Assembly: GCF_032062105.1 (NCBI RefSeq)
Contig: NW_026937303.1
Span: forward strand, 186,001-250,000
Length of the DNA stretch: 64,000 nucleotides
Origin: Saccostrea cucullata
Lineage: Eukaryota
Direction of reading: 5' to 3'
The notes beneath the pieces were generated by a model. The model was not told the DNA's origin. It ran no database searches and saw only the letters and a list, made by a program, of their open reading frames with translations. Each line of letters begins with the position of its first letter. Positions within the stretch are counted from its first letter, which is position 1. This document shows positions 37,991 through 50,823 of this stretch, piece after piece. The position numbers and the translations under genes were made by a program.

Positions 37991-40576
37991 TTAATTTCGA
38001 TTTAAAGAGGCGACACGGGCTGCACAATCTCCAGACAACTTCTTTGTAAGCTTGAATTTTCTTCTAGTAACAGTCTCCAGAGCACGAAGCACAAACAAAA
38101 GAAACTCTTTTCGAAACAAAATGTACACCCAGGGATCTAGGACAGAGTTAAATACGCCCATGCGCAGTAAGTTGAGTTCAGTATCGCCCTCTCCTGTGAC
38201 TGCACCAGAGGCATGCTGAAGGATTTTTACCTGATAAAATAAAAATAAAATTACAAAATAACAAATCTTTATTTCAAAATCCCAAATTTAATTAATACAA
38301 GTATATATTTAATGAAAACATTGTAATAATTTTTTATCTAACAATCCTTTTTTAAACTCAGAACTACTGTATTTGAAATAAAACATGTTGAAGGATGTGA
38401 TATTTATCAACAATAAAATAAATTGATACAACCTGGTGAGTTTGAAATAAAAGGTACCACAGAGTCTGATACATCTGTTTCATACTTAAATATTTTACTT
38501 GAAAAAGACGTTAATGGTAATCTAACAACCAAGTTCAATGATAAACGCGATGACTTATCTATCGTCAACTTCCCTTACTTATGCAGCAATATACCTTAAA
38601 CACCTGCATATGGAATTTATATTTCTCAGTTGATTCGATGCACAAGAGCATGAACAATTTCTAAAACGAGTTAAAGAATTTAAATTTATCATTTCGTACG
38701 TTTTATGGTCGATACACTGACCTTGTCAGCAAATACAATTTATCATTGAGCCGAATACTGACTGACGTTTTTCATACTAATTTTTACTTCATTATTTATA
38801 CACTGATTTCCATTATTTCCCGACCATGACATGGAGCACACGGCGGGTGTGACCGGTCGGAAGGGTATACTCACTCCTTCATGGCTCCAGGTCCCACCTC
38901 TGATGTTTTGGATGTCCGTATTTGCTCTGCTCCTATTTTTGTATTGCTTTATGGGCTTTGATATTGAATACCGTTTGTTATCTCCATATCCTTCTTATTT
39001 TAAGAAGATTGTTACACCCTTCCTTTTTCTCTTTTAGAATTTAAATTCCCCTTGGGTGTAACCAACTTGACTATGAATCTAAACACACAAAATTTCTACC
39101 TGTCTACCTTGGTAACTGATGAGAGGTATGAAGATGTTTTCGTGGTGCTGTTGGAATTCGAGGATTTATTTTTTGAAGAAAAAATGCAATGTAAATAGAA
39201 ACTTTAGAATTGTTATCACTTGATAAAAATGTAACAATTGGAGAGGGAAGGAATTTATAATTCATAACAATATTCATTCAAGTAAAATAGACGAACATCA
39301 TTATGCATTTTATTACTAGTATTGTTATTCTTTATTTATGCTTTAAAGGGTTGAAACAAATAAAAAAACATTTTCTTTTTTTTCGCCATAGAACTGCAAA
39401 TTACGGACTAAAATACTTTATGATAAATAGTCACTCTCTTTTGCTGTTATAATATACCTGAATATATGTTTGCATACAATTCCTGTTTTAGAGGGAAGAA
39501 TTTAGAATACAAAATATCACATGCTTCCTCTACCTCGTCAATACACGGGTTCAAAAGAGGTTAGAGGGTAGGACCGGTTAACAGGGGATGTGTACTCCTA
39601 GGCATCTAATCAAGCTCAGGATTTTTGTAATAGTCTATGTTTTATGCCCTGATTAGTTTTTTAAATAACCACTGTTCTTTTTCATTTCTCTATCAAGTAG
39701 GGTAAAGGCATTCTATCTAAAACTATTCATTTGCAGATTTCTAAATTCTGAATTGTTGTTCCTATTAAATTTATCAGATTGAAAGCGTTCTCAAAAATTT
39801 ACCATGAGAGGTGCCCAGCAGGATGTGAACACAACTACAATAACAAGAAGGAATACAATCACGTGCAGATCTCTTTGACTTCGTGTTGTCCTGACAAAGA
39901 TATTCCTGACGAAGAAGAAGACAACCAGCGTGTTTACTGAAATGGTTAACAGGACTATTATCACACCGGTAGTGGCGTAAATATAGGAATATATCATGTT
40001 AAGTCGTTCTTCGGGACAGTCGGGTCTCACGTGAATAAAATTCAGAAAACACCATGAACCGGGATACATCGCTTTGCTTGATCCGAGTCCGAACAGATGT
40101 AAACTACTCAGGAATCCCGAGAGAATCCACACAATACCAAGTATGATATTTGTCCGGCGTTGTTTTGTTGTAGAGTTGTATAAGTACGGAAAGAAAGTTG
40201 CAAAAAATCTGTCAAAAGACATACAACACACAATCATAGCAGACGACATTAAAGTAAACATGAACACAAATCCTAGGAAAGCACACAGATCTGGAGAGAA
40301 TTCATAAGTAAAGTTGGATATATAACGCGACAAGGCAAAAGGATAGGATACCAGAATTCCTCCCCCATCAGAGATGGCAAGACCGCAAACGAATCGGTAA
40401 AACGGGCGCCATTTGTGAGTTTTCGCAGAACAGCATAAAGCAGTCAGAGCTATAGCATTTCCACTGACTCCAAATAAAAACAGCAGCGTGACAGGTGCAG
40501 CATTCTTGTGAACTGTAAAGTTTACAGCTGGTCTGTGACAATCAACAGAGATGTTGGGGATGGTTGTCATGTCCAT
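37991..40576 (-). CDS. Prostanoid (EP4-like) receptor, paralog 7 (337 aa)
   Basis: Exon 1 40576-39803 (PLM|GTAAA). Exon 2 38230-37991, not in the ORF track, translated by hand: VKILQHASGAVTGEGDTELNLLRMGVFNSVLDPWVYILFRKE...SLNRN*. Confidence 0.92.
38385..38995 (+). mobile_element. Penelope-like (Naiad-type) 3' fragment in the intron of receptor 7
   Basis: PGEFEIKGTTESDTSVSYLNILLEKDVNGNLTTKFNDKRDD-like coding remnant plus the shared tail at ~38825-38990. Confidence 0.8.
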
Positions 40577-40914
40577 AACGAGTGTCCCTCACTGAACGTC
40601 AACGGAACTTCCTCTTATATCGAGATATCTGTGCTTCCCTGTCTCTGAAAGTTATGTCATCACCTGATGAATTTTGAATTGATAAGCCTGTGTTTTCAAA
40701 TACTTCTGTGAACTAGGTCTGCAACGTAAGGTCCAGATAATGTTAATTGTGTTTCAAAGGATCCTTGTACTAGTATTTCATCTACTTACGAATTTTTCAC
40801 TCAGATTTATGAGACTGCTGTTCATGATTTATCTTTCATGTTCTCTCTTCTTTAATGGGATATTATCCCCCCAAATTTCGTAAATGCCACAAATTACTAG
40901 TATTTTATAAGGTG

Positions 40915-41210
40915 TTTGTTTGTTTGTTTGTTCTTTTACGTCCCTCTGGAGAATTTTTCACTCATATGGAGACGCCATCACTTGCTGGTGGAGAGCTGCA
41001 AATTTTGTCCTATGCTCGGCAATAGGCAATAGGGCCCTTGAGCAGTGAGGGATCTTTTTCGTGGCAACACCTACTGCGGCACAGGATCTCCGGTTTTAAC
41101 AGTCTCATCCGAAGGACCGGACTCACACGGTCGGATTTGAACCCGCGACATAAGGATCAACTCCTTGTTTCGCGACTCTAGAGCAGAAGCTCTAACCACC
41201 GTCCCAGGCG
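40915..41210 (-). mobile_element. tRNA-derived SINE with (AAAC)n tail and a probable Deu/Nin-type central domain
   Basis: Minus strand: A-box-like GGTGGTTAGAGC, B-box GGTTCAAATCC, body GTCCTTCGGATGAGACTGTTAAAACCGGAG...AAAAAGATCCC, 3' (AAAC)n. Domain assignment is from recall. Confidence 0.7.
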
Positions 41211-41254
41211 TGCTTCTATTTGGTGATTGTATTGATGTTAATAGACCTCTAGAT

Positions 41255-41630
41255 TGTGATGACTTTAACTTTCCTATCGTCGACTTCCCTTACGTATGCA
41301 GCAATATACCTTCATCACTAATAACTTGCATACCACGTTTATATATCTCAGGTTATTCGATACGCAAGAAGTTATTCTACGGATGAACAATTTCTAAAAC
41401 GAGGTATATTATTGACAAGCCAGTTGATGAAACAAGACTATCAGCAGTCTCGTTTAAAGTCATCATTTCGTATGTTCTATGGTCGATACAAAGACCTTGT
41501 CAGCAAATACGGTTTATTATTGAGTCAAATTCTGTCCGACGTTTTCCATACTGATTGGTAGTCCATTATTTATACACTGAATTAACGGCGGATTTTTTCC
41601 GTTATTTCCCGTTCATGACAAGGAGCATGG
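41255..41630 (+). mobile_element. Penelope-like (Naiad-type) RT C-terminal fragment
   Basis: DDFNFPIVDFPYVCSNIPSS and downstream sequence match the other copies. Truncated at the start of the tail. Confidence 0.75.
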
Positions 41631-44600
41631 CTTTTAAACAAATTGCTGTTCACCCCTAGTTTACCTGTGACTGTCCATTCTGTAAACAATGGACTTGCCA
41701 TTGTGAGGGTGTGTGTGTGTGGATGTGGGTGTGTGTTTTATATGTATCTTACAACATGAATTCGTAATATATTAAGCATGTACCCATTTTGTGCATTATT
41801 TTATTTAATTCTCAGAACAAAGGAAATTATCTTTTGAGAAGGAGAAAGGCCCCAAACTGTTCATTCTATGAGAGAAAGAATTAATCGAGGGCCGTAGGCC
41901 CGAGGTTTTGGGTTGTTCACGATACTAGCTAGGAACAATTATGACATCATTAGGGTTGTCAATTGTTATTTACTAACTTAAGAAAATTATTTCTGCTACA
42001 ATTTTTGGAGTAAAAACAATCCGTTTAATATAATCGGCAGAGGATACTCACTACTCCATGACACCTGATCCAATCTTTGATGATTTAGAGTTCCTGTTGT
42101 TCTTTTCCTTATTTATATTGTTTGAATGGACTTTTGAGCTTAAGTACTGTTCATTATCTCCATAATTTAATTTGTCAGTAGCCTGCCTCGGTTTAGAAAT
42201 TTGTCCTACTTAGAACATGGTCTTAAGTATCGAATAAGTTGGGGAAAGTAAAAAAACATTTACAGATGATAGCAGAATATTATTGGATAAATAAATAAAG
42301 CTGACGACGCAGAAGCTGATATTACCTTGTTTTTCATAAAACTGAGTTGTAAGTAGAGGCGAATATTTACGTTTTCTGTCTGATGACAATACAATTTTGC
42401 TTTGATCATATATTGTACATGTACATAAATAGACGTATTTAAAACAATTTTATGAAGTTATTTGAGTAATCATATACATATTTGAAGCGTACATGTTTAT
42501 TAACATATTAATTGACGTATTTAAAATTTACGGTGTGCGCAATTATCATAAACCTACACATGTATCAAGAAAAAGAAAGCAAAAAGTAAAAAGAAATATT
42601 CGGGATGATTCCAAACTTCTCGGAAGTTTCCGACAAAATCGGAAATCAACCGTTGAAGTGACGAAAGTATGACGTCAGATAAAAAGTTCTGTTGACTTAG
42701 GACGCAAACGCTAGTTTTATGGAAAAGAGATTGCATTAAATCGTTCTTTTCAAGTAAGTTGTTGCTATGTTTCAGCCACCATGTTGCTATGCACAGCAAC
42801 ATGTTTTATCACGGAAGCAACCGACATAATTCCGTAAGTTTCCGGTGGTATTAATGCAATAAGCATGGGGGTATTTTTTTGAATAAGGCAAGGCAAAATC
42901 ATTTCGTTAAGTTCTCGGTAAGAATTTACAATGTTCCTTTAATTTTTTTTACTAATTTAACCGCTGGGAATGTTGCACAGAGAAAATATGTACAGCTTTC
43001 AATCCGAATTTCATCTGTTCATACACTAATGCTATAAAATGTTTGAAAATGCTGTATAAATTGTACCGTCTTGTAAAATGAGCAAATTAATTAATAAGTA
43101 AAATTATGTGATGGTGCATCAGGCTTAAACGTACTAGAAAATATAGTAGTCTTTTCAGAAACAATTTGAACAAAAATTCGAATTCACAGATAGAATAAAA
43201 AATATTATCACTCTTCAGTGAATGGATGCATCTGAATTTCCTTCAAAGCATTAATTTTTGAATGGTTAAACGCTTTATTTTCAGCATTTAAAGAAAAATG
43301 ACATCTTTTTGCTACATTTTAACTCCGTATCTCATTCTTTTATATGTTCAGGAAACTGCATTCAGTCAACATATATTTTAGAAATATCGGTAGAAATACC
43401 CGTTCTTAATTTTCACAAGGTACACAATAAAAATCTTCCGTGTTAAACAGTTGTTTCGTTCCTAACGTCTGATACATTCCACTGTAGTCTAGATAGCAAC
43501 GGTATTTCACAGAGAAGAAACCAATCTTATGTTTTCTATGCAGCTCTTATTCTTTTTGAGAATCTGAATGTTTTCCTTGTTTACCTTTTACTCAGGCTAC
43601 ATGCTAACAGTACAAACCAAAAATCAAATCAGGCCAACCAATCTGGCCGCCTGTCCGATTAACAGGAAATTCACAGAATTTTAAGACGTGTCATGTTAGC
43701 GTTGTTGGTATTTAATGATTTAAAAAAGGAAGGTATTGTTTCAATACAAATATTTAAAAATACGAAATTTAAAGAAGTTAAGGACCACGCCTTCTTAATT
43801 GTTGAAACTCAATAAAAAATCAGTAAGATCACAGAAACCGCTTTTACCAACATGTCCTCCTTAATGCAAATTATAATATTAAATCATGTATTTAAGAATT
43901 TAAAAAAGTTGCGTAAGACATTAATTTTTATTTGATATTTTTATTCAACAATATAGACAACAAGAATCGCACACAAACAATTTTTTAAAATGTGAAAAAT
44001 TCAAGAAAGTGTATGCAGATCAATTGAAAATTTAGTGTGAATGGCTAAGGCTGTTGAATATTTTAAGGGAAAACCCAAAAGGAATGATAATCAGACATTT
44101 TATATTTTATGTAATAAACACCGTCAACTGGAAATTCAAGAGATCCGGTACCAAAAAGAAAAAGCATCTTCTGTTGACCGGCCAAACGCGCTGTGAGCCT
44201 TATGTATTGATCAGGTTGGCGGAACTTCAATTCAAAAACCTAATGATTCTTTCACTCGATCCTGTAAAGATGTCTCCATGTACAAAAGAAAGACTTCAAA
44301 TTTAGATATTTACTAGACACTAAGAGTCGTTGAGCAGTGACTTCAACTTTCATTTCAAGAACTGTACATTCAACTCTTTAATTTTTCTTTATCATGGAGA
44401 TTGAATTACCCTTTGAAGAAAATGGTCAGTAAGATTTCTTTAGATATATTTGTTGATTTTAAAACTTACAAGAAATTTCAAACATTGAACAGGACTCTCG
44501 ACATTCCGATAGAATAAAAAAAAAACAATGTCGAAAAATCTTAATTCCTTTACCAATTTAGCTGGACACATCATTACAGATGTTGAGGTGTTTACTTCAT

Positions 44601-44677
44601 ACAGGATGTATTTAACTGTAGGCGTTAATGGTTAACTTTATTCAAGCTTTTTCAGTCTATTAAACAAACCATATTTA

Positions 44678-47205
44678 AGCAGAGCAAACATGGACCTCCA
44701 ACACATCAGAGGTGGGATCAGGTGCATGGTGGAGTGAGCATCCCCTGCCAACCAGTCACACCCGCCGTGTGCTCCTTGTCACGATTTGGAAATAACGAAA
44801 AAATCCGTTTACAATTCAGACTGTATGTAATGGCCTCGTAATCGGTATGAATATTTGATGAGTATTTGACTTAATAATAAATTGTATTTTCTGACAAAGT
44901 TATGGCATCGACCATGATAAAATTTACAAAATGATGACTTAAACGAGACAGCTGATAATATTGTTTCAGAAATTTTTCTGTCAATAATTTACCTCGTTTC
45001 AGAAGTTATTCATACGTCGAGCATGCTCTTGCGTATCGAATCAACTGAGGGATATAAACTCCGTATGCAGGTGATGAAGGTATATTGCTGCAGAAGTAAG
45101 GGATGATTGTAGTTGACGATTGAAACGTCATCACCATCACGTTTATCATAAAGCTTGGTTGTTAGATTACCATCAACGTCTTTTTCAATTAAAATATCCA
45201 ATATGAAACAGTGTTGAAGGCCATAGCAAGTGTTTTCTTCTTTTTTCGCATAAGATGTTTTTTTTTTTTTTTTACAAAGTCTTCATATGAATACAGAAAT
45301 AGGTCTGCTAATAACAAGGTGCAATTAGTACCCATGGGATTTCCAATAGATCATTCGAAGACCTGTTCTCTAAAAACCACATAGATATTGTCAATCAGAA
45401 ACATAAGCATCTTTTTAATATCAACTTCAGAATACTGTCGTGTATAATCAGAATGTTTTTAAAATAGTTTTTCAAATGACCAATGACAAATTAAGGTAAG
45501 TTAAGTTAAGAGTTTCATTCTTATTGAAAAAGCAGCTGTCAATGCTATTAAGAAGCCTGGACTTACATTTATCGTGTGGAATAGTTTATACCGTTGAAAA
45601 ATAATAATTTTTATACTTTTGAGTTTGTAAAATTTACTGATTTCAAATGTTCCAAAAATTCCCTTTTTAATTGTGTAATTTTTAAGTATCCACATCTGAT
45701 TTACACCACTTCTCAAATATATTGTTGCACAGTAATTCTAAAGTTTTATCCTTCACTACTGTTAATATCTTAGTGAGGAGTAAAGAAATAGGCTTAGTTG
45801 AGCATTTACTGGAACCCACTCTGTATCTTTGTTTGTAAGGATTTTTATAGCTTTGGAAACCTATAAAGATATGCATATGTTAATTCAAATCTATCCTAGT
45901 TGTTAGGAATGTTTAAAATATTCAAAACTGATGTAAGAATTTGAATAATTTCTTAGAAACGGAGCTATGGGTATAAGTAGGATTATCACTAGAAGAATTT
46001 AATGACCGTTCTTCTAAAACACAAACAATGCGCCTTACAAACAATGTTGTTACTTGCTTTGTCAGCAGGGACCAGTGAAGACTGATTGTGTTATCATTCT
46101 TTTTTCACGTCTGATTTACTGAACACAGAATGGTAAGAGGTTTTCATGGCTTAATGAGAGGTTTTAACATACATATTACATTTAATCCATTCTGTCAAGG
46201 TCTTCTTTTTTCCATGTTTTGCTTATCGCCTCGCGTAATCTTCAACAGAAGCCATTGCTTTTATGAAATTATGACGCCAGTTAAAAGATAAGGGTTCCCT
46301 AAAGTTTGACTCTTTTAATATTAATGATTTAAGGTCCTCATCATGTACGTCACCAGTAATGATATGTCCAGCAGGACTTTTGTTGTAGGGTGAAGAAAAA
46401 CATGAACAGGAAGGACGATTGTGTTTTAGATATTCGATATCAAGGCTCTGTAAAGTTTTCTTGTAAAAAGTTTCGAAGCAATATTTGGTGCATTTTACTA
46501 GTAATTAATTTGTAGGAAAAACATGGTGTTGTCTTCATCTTGAAATATAGTGGATACAAAACTGGAAAATGTTAAATAAAAAGTTCGGAAGCAATAGCTG
46601 ATTTATATTTATAGGAAATACACGGTGTAGTCAAACTTGAAGTATGGTGGTATACCAAGACTGGACCCTTTTGCGAGTAAGATTATTACTTACCGAGTCA
46701 ATTCCTTTGTTGCCATATTGGAGTTTAAGAAAAAAAATGTTGATTTAGCAGATTAAAAGGCTTATGATTTGCAATATCTATAACCACAGATTCGAGCCTG
46801 TATTCTGATGTCGATGAATCAAAAAATGGGCTTTCTTTGACTTTTTTCATGTAGACTATTTAAAAGTTTCAAAGAGACAATACTTAAAGTTTGGTGCGAA
46901 TGTGATGAAGACCTAACCTTTGATTTACATAAGGTATAAATGAAACAAAAGAGACATCTTGTATTAAAGGTTTATTGTGAGACAGATGCCCATAACTACG
47001 TTTACGTCTCTGCATATGGCTAAAAAATCCCATCACATTTACACTGTAACACTGTGGACTTGAAAGATTTCACAAACTATCGATATTGTCATTGCATCCA
47101 TTAGGAAATACTGTCCCTACTTTTCTAATCCAATATTCTTATTATTGTTTTTACGGAAGGGTGTACTCAGTTTGTGTGATGGTAAATCTTTCTCGTTAAA
47201 TTCTC
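44678..47205 (-). mobile_element. Longest degenerate Penelope-like element with N-terminal endonuclease (Naiad-type): GIY-YIG end, CxC linker, RT, 3' tail
   Basis: In minus-strand order: EYWIRKVGTVFPNGCNDNI (~47138-47082, C-terminal GIY-YIG motif E..WI....T..P.G.N); RPSCSCFSSPYNKSPAGHIITGD (~46417-46349); NFREP; PADKASNNI (~46070-46045); GSSKCSTKPISLLLTKILT; SGVNQMWILKN; GNPMGTNC.LLLADLFLYSYE (~45345-45283); KLYDKRD; tail 44678-44790. Contains frameshifts and stops; the YxDD segment is deleted. Confidence 0.8.
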
Positions 47206-47210
47206 TTTAG

Positions 47211-47595
47211 TATGAAACGAGGTAAATTATTGACAAACATGTTGATGACACAAGTATATCAACAGTCTCGTTTAAGGACATCATTTCGAAAGTTCTATGG
47301 TAGATACAATGACCTTGTCAGAAATACAATTTATCATTGAATCAAATAAATGTACTGACTAACGTTTTTCACACTAATTGGTACTCCATTATTTATACAC
47401 GAAATTGACGACGGATTTTTCCATTATTTCCCAATAATGACAAGGAGCACACGGCGGATGTGATGCTCACTCCTCCATGGCACTTGATCCCACCTCTGAT
47501 GTTTTGGAGGTCCCTGTTTGCTCTGCTCCTATTTTGTATTGTTTTATGGACTTTTGTTCTTGAGTATTGATCGTTATTTCTATACGTTTCATTTC
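47211..47595 (+). mobile_element. Inverted 3' tail (pseudo-LTR) fused to the 5' end of the long Penelope-like copy
   Basis: Plus-strand copy of the same terminal region as 44678-45000, starting within ~10 bp of where endonuclease homology ends. Confidence 0.75.
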
Positions 47596-48158
47596 TTTGG
47601 CCAGTTTAATGCTGCATCTTTATTGAATATCTGGTAGTGATTTTCGACTGATGTTTTCTGAAATGAAACATATGGAGATAACGAACAGTATTCAAGATCA
47701 AAAGTCCAAGAGGCTTGGTTGAACATTTACTGGAAACTGCGATGTATCTTTGTTTGTAAGGATTCTTATGAAGTTTTGGAATCCAATATAAATATTTCTA
47801 CTACGATTATTGCCCAGATCAAAGAAATGCCGCGGACATTGTTCTCCAATAAATCACATACGTCATCAAAAAATTATCAGATCAGAAACATGTATCAAAA
47901 CCGTGCAGTTGAAATAAACATTTGACTTAAGAATGAAATTCTTATTTAGACCACATCGATTTTAGTAATAAAGCGGTAAAATAGGAATCTGATGTTGCTA
48001 TTGTTTATTCAAAAAGATTAATCTATATTAGTTACAAACAGATTTATAATTAATAAAAGGCTAATTCTAATTTGAAAGCACAAATCGTCTGCATTCTATT
48101 CACAGGTAAACAAACAAATTTACGATCAGTCGTATTTTACCAGCTGTTATAGTAGAAG

Positions 48159-48330
48159 AGAAATAAAGTCCTTGTTGTCATGAATGATGCAAAAATAACC
48201 TCCTCGGTCTCGAAATGTTTTTTCAAATATAAAAGCCTCGGCTAACGACTCAGCTTTTATCTTTCAAACAACATTGCTCGGCCTCAGAGGTTATTCTGCA
48301 ACATTCACGAAAACGCGGACTTTATTTCTT
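48159..48330. repeat. ~170-bp imperfect palindrome (MITE-like)
   Basis: AGAAATAAAGTCC...GGACTTTATTTCT outer arms, inner AATAACCTC/GAGGTTATT and AAAAGC/GCTTTT pairs, and a central ctcggctaacgactc loop. Confidence 0.65.
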
Positions 48331-50823
48331 AAAAAGTAGTTCAAATTCATTTTGATTCTTTGGAATATTAAAAATATTCAAAACTTACATATGATTTTGA
48401 AGAATTTCCTCTTTAGAAATGGAATTATGAGTATAACTTGGATTACCACGGGCAGAATTAAATTCAAGTTCTTTTAAAATACTGGTACAATTTGTATAAT
48501 GAGCATTACAAACGAGGACAATGTTGTTACCTGCTTTGTCAGCAGGGACCAGTTCTGATCATGTAATCTAATTTTTTTTTTTACTTCTGGATTATTGAAT
48601 ATAGAAGGATAGATGATTTTCATATTGCCCCTCACCCTTGTTTTAGATAAGTTCTTTTTATAAACTAACCAAAACAAATTATGTTAATTACTGGGTATGC
48701 AAATCATAGTTTTTTTTAAATTATAATTTTTCTATCTTTGTGGATTTAGTTTCAATTCTTGGTCCAAAATATTATAAATAAATTTATTACGTTTGTTGTA
48801 TTACAAAACACGCAAACATGGAGCTATAGATAATGGGAAAAAATAAACAACGCACAAACAGAACGGAATACGTAATGCATTAATTATCGTAACTGTATGA
48901 CGTTTTGTTTGCCCTCATTTAAAACATATATTCTCCTGAACATTGAATGTTTTTTTAAAGCTAATGACACAATCATGAAATGAAAATCAATTTTAGATTT
49001 AAAAGAAAAATGTGGTGCTTAATCTGGACTTCAACGTGCAGCTTTCTATATGCAATAGTTGATCATGATTCCCAATTAATATTAATGTTTTCATTGCACC
49101 TGACCCCACCTCTGATATTTTGGATGTCCATATGATTGCTCTACTCCTGTTTTGTATTGTTTTATGGTCTTTTGAGCATGAATACTGTTCGTTTTCTCCA
49201 TAATTTATTTCATGTACATGTATGCTTGAAAAATAAAGATAACAAACTGAATTCCGCAAGCAATACAAAACAACAGAGGGGAACGCTAAAACCAATAGTT
49301 GTGATCAGAGGCTAGAAGAAGTTAGCACGTGCACCTCCTGTCGACACGTCACATCCGCTTTTATCTCAACCGGTACCGTACCGATCAGGTACACGAAGTA
49401 ATCTAAGTCAAGTGTAGTCGCATCTTCCCGGTCTTTTCCGACAAGTTCGGAAAACATTGAAAATGTATTAACATCGCCGGATGTTAAAATTTCAACAAAA
49501 AAAAAAAAAATGGAGTCGCTTCCTATTTATGAAGTATTGGATAGACAGAAAAGACGGTCCCTTCCGTGTCATATTTTTAATAGTCAATAAAGATAAGCTT
49601 CTGCAGATAAGAGGTCTGCCTACAATTATTTTAATCTTTATGAGATGGGGCTGTCATGGACATTCAGGGTGGTTTTTTCGCTTGGCAGAAAGAATCTAGA
49701 GGTTGCAAAATTATGAGGTGAAAGCAGTGTAAAATCTATTGAGTATATGTAAGAAACATGTGACATCGCTTATATATCCAAAAGGCTGTATTCGGATATA
49801 ACTATACTGATATGCAATAATGGTTGCAAGGGAAATTTTGTTATGTAAATGTGTTTAAGAGGGAAAAGTAAAAATTGATCTGAACCTTAAATATCATGGA
49901 AAAAAATTCTAAGGATAGAAATCGAATGTTTTGTCATTTCTCTGCATCATCCTTACTAAGTGTAAAGGTTTGAGGATTTATTATAAAAAGGGCACAGCAT
50001 ACCTCACCCAAAATAGTGCATCATACGTCATACTAGAATAATACTCAGTTATTTCTGTCCCCAAGAAGCTAACGGTTACTACTGATTATATATTGGAGTG
50101 TAGAAATCTGCCTAAAGAAGATGGTACCAGTCTGTGTCTGTCAGAAACATGCCCTTTGCCAGTAATAACCGGTTTAAGAATTCCAAATGACGTCGACGTG
50201 ACGCAATATTGTAGTTTTAACGCGTAATTCTCTTACTCCAGCTCTGGTATTTCATTCAGCAGAATTTCGTTTTTACAACAAGAAGCTAGCTCCTATTGGT
50301 CAGACGTCTGGCAATGTGACCATGTAGTAAGTAATCCACTCGGTGAATGACAGTTTCTCACCAACCCTCGCCTGATTAGCAGATCAGTTGCGGAAGATTA
50401 CACATCAATGTGTCAGCATTACATAACACGGACAAGTTAACCAGGTGTTGACATGTTAAAGAACAAGCTGTATTGATGACTAAGTCTGACGACAAATTCC
50501 GTGTTGTTTAAGGTAATGCAGTACTACGCCCTATTCCCAAAAGAATTAGAACCATTCTAATCACTACTGAGTTGTCATATTCTTCCTGGTCCATTACATT
50601 GCATGAAAGATAAAGTTACAAATAATAATGATTGGAAATATTTTATTTCACTATATAAGATCAAAAACTTGGTAAATTTATATAAAAATAATGTGTATAA
50701 CGCCATTTAATAGCAAAGTCACAGCACTACTACGTCCATACCCTCACATAACAAATCTATACAGGCACAAGGAACAGTTATACACAACACAACATAAAAT
50801 GTCTTCATAAAACGTACAATTAA

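Noticed and set aside
4097-40576. Receptors as truncated 6-TM single-exon genes or pseudogenes
   Set aside because: Each long ORF runs into an intron at a GT donor after TM6, and a matching TM7 exon was found for all seven.
44678-47205. Active retrotransposon or selenoprotein ORF
   Set aside because: Multiple frameshifts and stops and loss of the catalytic YxDD segment. TGA recoding cannot be inferred from a decayed copy.
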